DNA of 64,000 bases from the human T2T-CHM13v2.0 reference genome, Homo sapiens, in NCBI RefSeq assembly GCF_009914755.1, contig NC_060934.1; one strand, 5' to 3'. The notes under the pieces are model-generated. The model was not told where the DNA came from. It was given only the letters and a program-made list of their open reading frames with translations, and made no database searches. The first letter of the stretch is position 1. Each line of letters begins with the position of its first letter. This document shows, piece by piece, positions 52,921 to 64,000 of the stretch. Position numbers and translations under genes: made by a program.

Positions 52921-53899
52921 AAAATTTATCCAACGTACTGAGTTCAAAATCTCAATCCTGTGGAAAATGCCATTGGATTTTGCAGGATCACAGTGATTAG
53001 GATATTGGCTTTCACCTGAACTTCCTGGAGAAGAAAGATCTCTCTTTTTTTCCCCTGTTGCCTTATTTGATTTTTTGTGTGTATAATAATCAGCCACTTG
53101 TAAACTCCTAAGCCGCATGCAGTGGGAAGTACATGGCAAGAACGAGCAAGTTTCATGCCAATGTAGTGGAGGAACGACTCCAAATCAAGTCAAGTTTATG
53201 AGTTCACCTGATGTGTATCAACCTAGTTGGCTCTAACATCCCAATGGCAAGACCAGCCAGCTCAATTGGATTGAGTATTTTCTGCTTCAGCAAAAAATGT
53301 ATGTAACTGATTTATTAATGGAGGCTGGGGGAGCTATGGGGGGCGGGGGTTGATATTTGGCATTTAGGGCCCAAAAGCAAAGCTAATTCATGTTTTGTAT
53401 GGAAAAATATATTTTTCTCGATTAAAGAAAAAGACAGGCTTCTTCTTTCAAAGCAAAGAAGGAAAATGAGAGTTTTCTGCTCCTAACTGAGGAAAAATCG
53501 TCCCCAAACAAGATATTTCTATACCTCAAATAAGATAAGACCAGGGCTAGTCTTTGGTCTTATTTGTTTTGGTTAATGAGCTATTTGGTCACCAAGATAA
53601 TTTTTGACTTCTGAAGCGTAAAGCTACTTAAACAAAAATGTTATTCATACTGTTGGGCAGGAGTTCTTTGGGGTACAGGCTGGGGAGGTCTCACTAAGAA
53701 AGGACACTGTGCCATACTAAGGAAGGACTCTGTTTCCAGGGATTCACGGCACATATGTAACCTAACACATTAGAGGAAGCCACTTTACCTAATTAGGCAC
53801 CAAGGTTTCAAATGACTTCTGAAACACGATGTCATGGGGAAATGGCCACCAAGGAAGAGAGAGTGAGATGCAGGGTGTGAGCTGCTCTTCCTTCACTCT

Positions 53900-54270
53900 G
53901 TGCATTCACTCTTTGATGAAATATTGACTGCCCCTATTGTGAAAGTGAAGGTAAATGGACCAGGCACCACGGGAGATTCTATGAGGACTGACACACAAAA
54001 CCTGTCTTCAAGAAAGTTACCATAGAAGTACAGGAGAGAGATCTGCGTCTAGATAATTCTAACATCACATGGAGAGGAGGCACAGAAAGTGACAGGAAAG
54101 ATGTTATAAAACTCCAGAAAAAATAGAAATCATTTTACCTGATTGTGATAGGAAGTAGCTAAATGGGGAGGGGAAGTCAATCAGGAAATTCTTTGTGGGA
54201 CAGACAACATATGCAAGGGAACTTGCCAGCTGGGTAGAGTCTGGCTAGGAGGATATGGGACCAAGGGGGA
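53900..54270 (-). mobile_element. L2 fragment
   Basis: cattcactctttgatgaaatattgactgcccctattgtg...cctgtcttcaagaaagttacca. Confidence 0.55.
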
Positions 54271-54704
54271 ATGCCTTTTAGTTAAAGACATCCACAAACT
54301 CATCTGTAAAGGACCACTGTCCTGAGAAGGCAGCAGGGGACAGGAAGAAAATTAGTCTGATCTTCTCTGAAAAAACCAGAAAAGCAACTGTAGGCAAAGA
54401 GGCACTTCTTTGATTCATACTCAGTTGTGATCTCAGCTTTGATTCACAATATACAGACCAAGACTGTATAAGCTCAGTTCAGCAAAATGCAGCTGCAGGA
54501 GATAAGCCAATAAATACCCATAAGAGATTTGCATTTCAGACTCAGCACTGCCTCAAGCTAGGTGTAAGCTCATGAACATTTTACTGCTTCATCTCTCAGT
54601 TACTTTTTTTGAGCTACCTTACCGGCTTCTTCCAAATGATGAATGAGATTATTTGAAATCCAACTTTGGGAGCATTCTGGAGACATCAGATGGAGAAATT
54701 CATA

Positions 54705-54945
54705 AGTGTGGGTTCTTGGAGTCAGTTTGTTCTTATTTTAACCTGATTTCTTTTCCTACCCAGTCTGTAAACTTGGACAAATGATTTCACCTTTTTAAGC
54801 CCATTTCCTCATTTCTAAAACTGGGGAGTAATAGTAAAATTGGGGAGCCCATACTTCATGGGCTTAATGTTTAAAGATTAAATAAGAATATTTGTATAAA
54901 GACTTTAACCCAATTTTTAGTACATAATAAGTTATCTGTATTATG
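54705..54945 (+). mobile_element. MIR
   Basis: tggagtcag...ttggacaaatgatttcacc...tttcctcatttctaaaactgggga. Confidence 0.7.
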
Positions 54946-56831
54946 AATAAGTAAATAATGGCACCTAGTCAGGAAATTGATGCTGTGTTATATATCACTA
55001 CGGATGAAAACCGTGTGATGAGGGTAATTAACTGACCCAGAGATCTAAGTTATCAAAGGATCATTTGATGACTTAGAATATAGAATAATCTCACATAAAA
55101 CTTACCAATGCCTCTTTAGCTTGAGCCTTTCAGTTGAAGTAAAGGGTTAGGGAAGATGATGTTTAGAGATGGGCTAGAAAATATCACTCAACTAGAAAAC
55201 TTTGAGTAGAATCCGTCTCTCTCTTGCATATTTCTCTCTTTTCATCAACATTCTGGAAAGTGGTCCCTTCCTATGTTGAAGTTGGGGGCATGAAAGAGCT
55301 CTCCTGTGAGTTATCATTTCACTCATCATTGGAAGCAGCTCCTTCTAGCACAGCCAACAGAGTTCCATTATTTATGTCTTTCAAATAAAATAAAAAGTTC
55401 CTAGGACTCATTTGCCTGTAGGTTCTTTTCTGTGATTTTATTTTCATCCAAGGTGTCCACTTAATAATCAAGTAGATGACTCCTGCATTGGACTCATAGA
55501 AAGTAAACTTCCAAGCCTTTTGTACCTCCTCATACCTGGGTCACTTAGTGTAATATTTTATTTTACTGGAATTTTAACACCTTCACTTAAAACAGGAAGT
55601 TAAGCAACTTCATACAAGATATCTTAGAACCTATAAACGTCTCACCCAACATTATCCTCACAGTTCACTTTCTCTTGCTTATGTGAATGGGATAAAATAT
55701 ACAGTTTATCCAAGAAGGGCCATGCCAAATAGAAACATAGCACTTTGTTTAAAAAGCAGGTATCTTATTACTTACAACCCTCACCTTCTGGCCCAACCTA
55801 ATACCATAATTACTCTCTTAAATTTCCCATTATTTAACGTCACCTATTCTGTCTTCTTTTGTTACCATTATTTAACTAACTAAACAGACCAAATATAATA
55901 CCAAAGGCTAAGGAGGCATGAATCCAACTTGTGGAAACCCGTTTTTAATTTAGAATTATGGGGCCAGTTTCCTAGAAATTGCCACATTTAAAGAAAATAG
56001 ATCTGTCTTCTTTATGTCAAGAGATGGCTGTTTTAATTAGAATCAGTTTAATCTAATAATGAGTCATTTATGTACTGTCTTCAAAATGAATATTTTAGTC
56101 CCAAATACAAATTTAATCATCAGATGTGTATTCTTGCTAGTCCAAACCAAAAATTAAATCACTGAATTCCCATAAGAACTTTCTCTACTCATAGAGATGT
56201 GTTACAAGGTATGAAGCTGAAACGATAAAACTAAATTACTTGGCCACCAAGTAGACCACAATGAATTATTTTTTTCTTCTAAAGAGATACTGACATCAGA
56301 AAATTACTGGGAGGTTAGGGAGCTCTTTATAAATGCATGCTCCTTGAGGGTAAGGGGCATGACTAATTTTCGCATGCCTAGTGCTTCACAGTACACCACT
56401 CACAGAGTTGGTACTCAGAAAATGAGAGTATGTTAATTTCAACCTTGAAAATATGGAGATGAAAGGCAAGATTAACCCAAGGAGAAAATGCCTTTGTTTT
56501 GCTCTCAATCATACATAAAAGTGCTTAAGACATATGCACCGAATGAATGAATGGTTGACTCTGAAGCTGGCTTGGTACCCTTGATTGGATTGTTGGACTT
56601 AGTTCATAGGGAATCTTCAAACCACCTGGAGAAACTATGCTCACTGAATGCTGAACAAATGAACTCGGCAGGACACGGCCTATCAGTGAGTCCTTGGAGA
56701 ACCAAGCAAATAACAATTTTATAACAGATTATTTTAACCACTAGGAAGCCCAAGAATTCTGTCACATTTGACTAGTTACAAATGCAATTACAAAGCTAAA
56801 TCCCTAATTCATTGTTTTAATAATTAGGGAT

Positions 56832-57251
56832 TGTCTTAGTCCATTTGTATTGCTATAAAGGAATACCTGAATCTGGATAACTTATAAAAAGAAAAGGTTT
56901 ATTTCACTCACAATTCTGTTGTCTAGAAAAGTGCAACATTGGGCATCTGGTGAGGGTCTCAGGCTGCTTCCATTAATGGTGGAAAATGAAGGAGAGCTGG
57001 CATGTGCAGAGAACATATGGAGAGAGAGGAATCAAGAGAAAGATGGGGCAGAGGGCTGTGCCAGGCTCTTTTAGTAACCAGCTGTACAGGAAAGAGAACT
57101 CACCCACAAGGGAGGGCATTAATCCACTCATGATGGATCCATTTCCATGACCCAAACAGCTATTAGCAACGCCTCCCCCTCCCCGCCCACCAACACTGGA
57201 GATCAGATTTCAACATGAGGCTTGGAGGGGACAAACATCCAAACCATAGCT
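56832..57251 (-). mobile_element. MSTB-type solo LTR
   Basis: tgtcttagtccatttgtattgctataaaggaatacctga...ggggacaaacatccaaaccatagc; near-TSD gggat/gagat. Confidence 0.9.
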
Positions 57252-57401
57252 GAGATAGAAGGCAGCATATAGATTACTAAAGAAATCACAGCGAACTGCA
57301 AGCAATTTCCACTTTAAACATGTCAGACAACTTTAGAATGGTCTGTAAATAATGGGCATATTCTCTGACCCTGGACAAATTGGTAGGGGACATGACTTTC
57401 T

Positions 57402-57724
57402 TTTTATTAATATTATTTTTATTTTTATTTTTTTGCAAAGGCCATGCATGAATATGCTTTTATCGTGCCTTCAAAATCATCCTCAGAGTTTTGAGTCTTA
57501 ATCTCTCTCTTTTGAGCATGTTACCTGTTACCAATCCAGTGGATGGAAAATCATTTTATTTTTATTTGTATTATTTTTTTGAGACAGGGTCTCACTCTGT
57601 CGCCCAGGCTGGAGTGCAGTGACCCCATCACAGCTCACTGCAGCCTCAACCTCCCAAGGCTCAGTTGATCCTCCTGCCTCAGCCCCCACCCCCCTGCCCT
57701 GTAGCTGGGACTACAGGCACTTTC
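57402..57724 (-). mobile_element. Composite retroinsertion: truncated AluJ arm + A tail + about 120 bp unique sequence + poly(A)
   Basis: Perfect 17-bp TSD aggggacatgactttct at 57385-57401 and 57725-57741. Confidence 0.85.
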
Positions 57725-59018
57725 AGGGGACATGACTTTCTCTGAAGAGTTTTTGCAGCTCTGGGGCATACGTTCTCTTGCTCTGTTTTTATCCAGAGTG
57801 AACATATTCTTCTTAGTCTTAATATAACCGGGAAGAAAAAGGAGGTTGAGCTACAAGAACGAATAACAGTTCCCAAATGACGATGTTTTTCACAACTTGA
57901 TAAACCAACCAGAGCAATATGCATGTCTCACTGGAAACATCAAAATGAAAAGCCTCCACCTCAAATCTTTGTATTTTCCCCCTAAGTCTGAAACATACCG
58001 TCTGTGGAAAGAGACTAGAAGTGGGGTGAACATAAATAAATTTCAGAATCTTCTCAGATTTAAGCAGAGAATACAGAGAATAACCACCACCACCACCACA
58101 TAAATCACAATATTCAACAATTATTACAAAAATGTAGCTCTAGAATTGACTCATGTATCTCAGCTCTTCATGTGCAAAACTGACTTTGCTTATGGACCCT
58201 AGATTTTAGTAACACTCGCCCTTCTTAGAGTTTTCAAATAATTTTATCAAGATAAAAATTTACTGGCATGTGGGATATATACATACTCTACCACATATTT
58301 ACGTAGATTTGTGTGCAAAGACATGCATACCCGGAAAGAAAGCTAACTATGCTAGCCTCTAAAATGTAGCTGCGTTTGGGGAGAAACACAATAGACATTT
58401 AACTGAGCACATCAAAACTGCTTAATGGTTTTCTGACGTGCCTCCAGGCAGTGGAGAAAAGCATGACCAATTGGAAGCGCAGGGAGAATTCTGAAGCAGC
58501 GAAAAAAGAAATGAAACCTTCTCTTTCTCATTTTCTTTTTGAACTCTATAATATAATTTTTCAACATTGTTCTTTTGAAGTCTGACATGAAGATGAAAAT
58601 TCCTTGAGGATTGTGAGACACTAGAATGCATTACAAAGGAGGGCACGGAATGGCCTTTAATGCAGATCCTTAAGAGGGTAGAGGGCAGCATTCTTAGTTT
58701 CCTTTCCACCCTCTAATTCCAACATGCTATGAAAATGATTTTAACTCTGCCTGACTAGCACAAACAAAACTAAACAATAACATTGACTTCCTGATTATTT
58801 ATACCCACTTGCCCCATGACTTTGTAATGAGGGGTCTTAGTGGCAAGGACAGTCTTCATCATGCTTTGTCCCTCTACTCTGCTTGACATACAGGTATGGG
58901 CAAGGATTCTAAATTTCTCTGCTCCTCTAGCCTTTTGATGTGTTTGTTCACAAATACCCGGGCCTTGGGGCAGGGGTAGAGACACCTTCCTTCTGCTGCA
59001 CTAGGGGGAGTCGCCTTA

Positions 59019-59373
59019 GGAGGTCAGCTGACCACGTGGAGAGGAGGCTCTGGGAGGTCAGCTGACTGTCTGGGGAGCAGGCTCTGGGAGGTCAGTTGAC
59101 CACGTGGAGAGGAGGCTCTCGGAGATCGGCTGACGGCGTAGGGAGAAGGCTCTCTGGTCGGCTGACCGCCTGGAGAGGAGGCTGTGGGAGGTTGGCTGAT
59201 CCCCTGGGGAGGAGGCTCTGGCAGGTCGGCCGACCATGTTGGGAGGAGGCTCTTGGAGGTCAGCTGACTGCATGGGGAGGAGGCTGTGGGAGGTCGGCTG
59301 ACCATGTGGGGAGGAGGCTGTGGGGGTTCGGCTGACGGCTTGGGGAGGAGACTCTGGGAGGTCAGCTAACCAC
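59019..59373. repeat. 34-bp G-rich minisatellite, about 10.5 copies
   Basis: Consensus close to ggaggtcagctgaccacgtggggaggaggctctg; units at 59019, 59053, 59087, 59121, 59155, 59187, 59221, 59255, 59289, 59323, 59357. Confidence 0.97.
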
Positions 59374-59779
59374 AGGCACCTCCTCTGCGTCTCAGCGCAT
59401 GTACTGCTGCCTATTGCGGCCGTGGAGCTGTTCCCAGTTCTCTCCGGTACTACGCCACGTCTTCCCAAGTTTTCTGGAGGTGAAATTCATTTCCACAGTA
59501 GAGTGGAACCAAGCTGTAAATCAAGATCCCACATGTCCCCACCTCTGAGTAGAACAACACACCCTCAGGCCCGTCGCTCTCATCCAAGGCCTTGGCTTCG
59601 TGCTTGTGGGGGAAACCGAGGCCTCTGGCTGTGAGCTGCCTTGGCTCCTGGCCCTTTGCTTACAAACCCACCCACATCCACACCTTTCCTACTTCCATAT
59701 CAGAGAATGAAGCTGAACAACCCCCTGGCCCTGCACCCAGCCTTCCTCCTGGACTGGCTCAACCCTCCTCTCTCCAAAT

Positions 59780-61045
59780 TTTCCATTGCTCCTTTTCTCC
59801 CCGTCTTTCCAACCTCCTCTGGTTTCCCCTCGGCTTATAAAATTCTTCAAATAGTTCCCATTTGATTCTCTAAAAAAATAAAAATAAAAATAAGTTCCCT
59901 GACTTTACTACCCTTTCTTGATGACAACCCCCTTCTCATCCAAATGTCAAGAAATTCTGAACTGCCGGTCGCTCTTTCAGCTTTTCTCCCTCATTACTCA
60001 ACCACTCTTCCCGTCTGAACCCCACTCAGCCACTCTTCCCCCCGAACCCCCTCTGCCTCCTATCTCCACAGGCTACGCCTTTTCCTAAGGACATTAGCGC
60101 ACTTCATCATAATCCTTGTGTTACTGAATAGCTGCCTCATTTGACATGGTGGCCACTTCCTGCTCCTGGAGACTCTTAGATCCTTCTGGAGCCCTGCACC
60201 TTTCTGAGCTCCGTTTCTTCTCCTCTTCCTCTGTGGGCTCCTCTTTCTCCACTATCCCATTAAATGCTGGTCTTCTCTGGGGTCAGGTTCTTGTCCCTTC
60301 TTTATGGTATACTTCCCTTGGCTGAGCTCACCTAATCTCATCGATGGGGGAGTCATTCACATATAAAGGGTGAGTAATTCCATTTCCATCTCAGCCCCTG
60401 AGTTTCTGACTGATGTATACAACCACTATGTGATATTTTCATTTCAGCAAGTCCCTCAATTCCCTGTGATTGGTGTTCCTTCTATATTTTCTGTCTCAAG
60501 GGTCTGGGTTATGATACCCAGTTGCATTACCTGGTTGCAGGTACACTCCACCCGTCATTGCACTTGCAAGTGCTTGGATACACCTCCTTAATAGATCTTA
60601 AGTCCCCTTCCCCTGCTGTCAACAAATACCCTAGCTTAGGTGCATATCAGCTTCCAAGAAGATGAGTGCAACGGGCTTCTCACACATCTTCTTGGACCCA
60701 ATTTTGTCCTTGTCAAGTCCATCCATTACACATCACCAGAGCGATCAGTCACTGAACTCTGACCTCCTACATCAGCAGGATGTAGTTCAAGCTCTGCAGC
60801 TAGTTTTGTAGGGACATACAGCATCATTTTTCCAATCAGGAAAAGCTGAAACAAACAATTATTGGGATTCTAGCACCCTTATGGCAAAAGCCAGATATGT
60901 TGGTGCACGTCTTCTTGTAATTACATGACGATTATCTGCATATGTGCTTATCTCCCCAGTTACACGTTGTCTTCAGAAAAAGAGATTCCCCAGAGCCCCA
61001 CACAGTGCCTGGCAAATGGTGAGAATTTAATAAATGTTTCTTAAA
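59780..61045 (+). mobile_element. Degenerate L2
   Basis: Pyrimidine-rich; catttgacatggtggccacttcctgctcctgga and 3' end cacagtgcctggcaaatgg...aataaatgttt. Confidence 0.6.
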
Positions 61046-61997
61046 GTGGGCATGGAGGGGTTTCTCTGAGCTTGCTACAGATCTCTGAAATTTGCTCCTG
61101 GAAATCAGACGGGGAGGTAGCAATGGCTGGTGAGGTGAAGGGATCGAGGGGCATCAGTGAGGGCAGGAAGTAACAAGAGGGAGTGGGTATCTAGCACCAC
61201 ATGACCTGACTTGAAGACTAGGGGAGCCTCTGATGAGTGTGATAGTCTCACCTATACCAAAGAAAGGCAGACATAGAGATGCAAAGGGAAAGAATTAACT
61301 ATTGAAAACATCTAAATGGCCACAGACCTGTACTGATAAGGACAGAAGGTACATTAGAATTTCTCTCTCATTTCTGTCATTGGAAGAACAGACTATCATC
61401 TTCATGCAGTTGCCCTAAACACCTGATATATCAGGTATTTAGCATGGGTGTTGGTATTCAGGGACCATGATTAAACCCAAGACGTATCTGCGTTCAAGGA
61501 ACAGCAAGCTGCCCTATAATGGGGTCCTTCTGTGCAATCTGAAGAACCTTTCATCAGTGGGGAAACACCTCCCCATTCTCTTCATGGCACTTCTAGAAGA
61601 GCAAAAAGTATTGCCACTATCTTTGGGTGTGCTTAGGCTCTGAAAGGTCCCACGAAGTCCAGCAGCTTTGCCCCTAAAAGGAAGTCTCAAGTCCTTTATC
61701 ACATAAATGGCATTTTTTTCTTATCTAAATGTGAAGAGCCATTCTGGGATATTGCCCTTTCATATTCTTCTTGAGTCTGTGTGCACATGGTTTGGGAAAA
61801 TTAAAATGGTAGCAAAATCTCAGATACCATTTTTATTCCTATTATCGAAAACATCCTGTGCTTATAGGCAAATAATAAAAATAGACCTAACCACTTTTAA
61901 GAAAAGAAACTTTTTTATTACTATTTTCCTTTTCTATTCATTGAATCCTTCTATTTCTGGAATCCTAATTTTTCTGATCATTTTTTAAATTCTCAAA

Positions 61998-62431
61998 GAC
62001 CAGGTACAGTAGCTCTCACCTGTAATCCCAGTGCTTTGGGAGGCTGAGACAAAAGGATTGCTTGAGCCCAGGAATTCAAACCCCATCTCTACGAAAAATA
62101 AAAAAAATTAACTGGCACAGTGGTGCATGCGTGTAGTCCTAGTTACTCAGGAGGCTAAGGTGGGAGGATTGCTTGAGCCCAGGATTTCAAGACCAGTCTG
62201 GGCAACATAGCGAGACCCCGTCTCTAAAAAATAATACTAAAATTAAGCAGACACGGTGGCTGCACACCTGTAAGTCCCAGCTACTCAGGAGGCTCAGGTG
62301 GGAGGATCACTTAAGCCCAGGAGGTCAAGGCTGCAGAGAGCTGTGATTGCACCACTGCATGCCAGCGTGGGCAACAGAGCAAGGCCCTGACTCTAAAAAT
62401 AAATTAAAAATTAAAAATAATGAAAAAGATA
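61998..62431 (+). mobile_element. Trimeric AluJ
   Basis: Three arms separated by A-rich linkers, with one TSD pair aaattctcaaa (61987-61997, 62432-62442). Confidence 0.88.
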
Positions 62432-62949
62432 AAATTCTCAAAGGAATTCTCTGGTATGGTCCATAAGGCCAAATGTTTGTAGTGCATCAGAAAATCACAT
62501 TCTGTAAAGCTGGCTGGATTATTACAATATTAAACAGAACTTCCAAGATAGGACATGTAAAATAATTAAACATATATGTTAGTGTCATGATATGGTCCTG
62601 CCTTTAGAGAACCAAATTTCAAAACAAAGCAAAGAGAGTTATCACTTGGATAAAATCTCTCCCATCCTTTTCTGTTTTTCTTTTAATACACTAATAGGGT
62701 TTTCCTGTTTTTTTTTTCCATCATGTTAAGAAGGTTTGCATTTTTTGCTCATGTTATGATAATTTTTAAAAAAATCTCGATTCCACCAAGTCACGAGAGA
62801 TTTTCAGTTGGAGGTGCGGTTCAAGGAAGGCTCCGATGAAGAATTAGGGGGCTGGAGAAGGAGCTTCCTTTCTCTGTTGGTGGATATCACCTGCTTCTTT
62901 TACCCTATTATAATGTAATTAGAAAAAATATCCTATGATTGTGATTTTC

Positions 62950-63420
62950 ATGAATTGTTGGTGAGAATAGAAATTTCTAGAACCATTCCAGAGGGTAATT
63001 TGGCAATGTATACAAAGTTTAAATGTGCTGCCCTTTGACCCGAGAGAAATTATTGGAATGTATGTAGAAGAATATTCAACACAGCATTATTTATTAAAAC
63101 AAAAAATTTAGAAGCATCCTAAAAATGGTATCTGTCAAAAAAGAGAACAAAGAAATTCCAGGCAGTCATTAAAAGTAATGATATTGTTATGTAAAGGCCC
63201 CCATGGTACAGGAGAAAAAAATTATTACAAAACAGGATGAACAGCAAAGCTTCAATTTTGTTAAATTGTGTGTGTATGCATTTTAAAAGTCCATAAGGAT
63301 ATTCAAAATATTAACAGTTGTTATCACCAGGAAGTAGAATGTTAGATATTAGAATGTTAGATTTTTTAAAAAATATCTTTTCATACTGTCTGAATATTTT
63401 ATCAAGAGCATATATGATTT
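62950..63420 (+). mobile_element. L1ME-like 3' fragment
   Basis: gggtaatttggcaatgtat...ccctttgaccc...aaaatattaacagttgttatc. Confidence 0.65.
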
Positions 63421-63536
63421 CTCACTTGGGGAAACAAAGCACCAACCTTTCATAGCAGAACTTTGCAAGGTCCCATGACAGAGCACCTTCCTGAGACCCC
63501 AGAGAGAGAGCAGGAAGCAGGAGAATCTTGTCCTCA

Positions 63537-63939
<403 letters not shown>

Positions 63940-64000
63940 AAGAAAATATTCTGAAAGAGAAGAAGTGTAAATGTCTCTGGCTTCATCTTGAAGAGGTTAT

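Noticed and set aside
59024-59468. Overlapping Pro/Ser-rich ORFs
   Set aside because: Produced by the 34-bp minisatellite; the period is not a multiple of 3

Overview
Primate, most likely human, non-coding DNA (intergenic or deep intronic). It is dense in Alu (J, S, Y), L1 (PA/PB/M), MIR, L2, MaLR (THE1/MST/MLT1), ERV1/ERVL solo LTRs and hAT/Tigger DNA-transposon relics, several of them nested. I recognise no protein-coding gene, RNA gene or processed pseudogene CDS; the listed ORFs are explained by repeats or chance. The notable structures are: (1) a TSD-flanked retroinsertion at 57385-57741, in which an old Alu arm carries about 120 bp of non-Alu 3' sequence and a second poly(A) tail; (2) a cluster of short local templated insertions and duplications between about 19.4 and 36 kb; (3) a 51-bp minisatellite with higher-order structure, lying in a 221-bp segment duplicated 1260 bp away; (4) a 34-bp G-rich minisatellite built on a palindromic GGTCA-GC-TGACC/E-box core; (5) a trimeric Alu. 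Repeat families were assigned by eye from remembered consensus sequences, so subfamily names are tentative and the boundaries of old elements are approximate.
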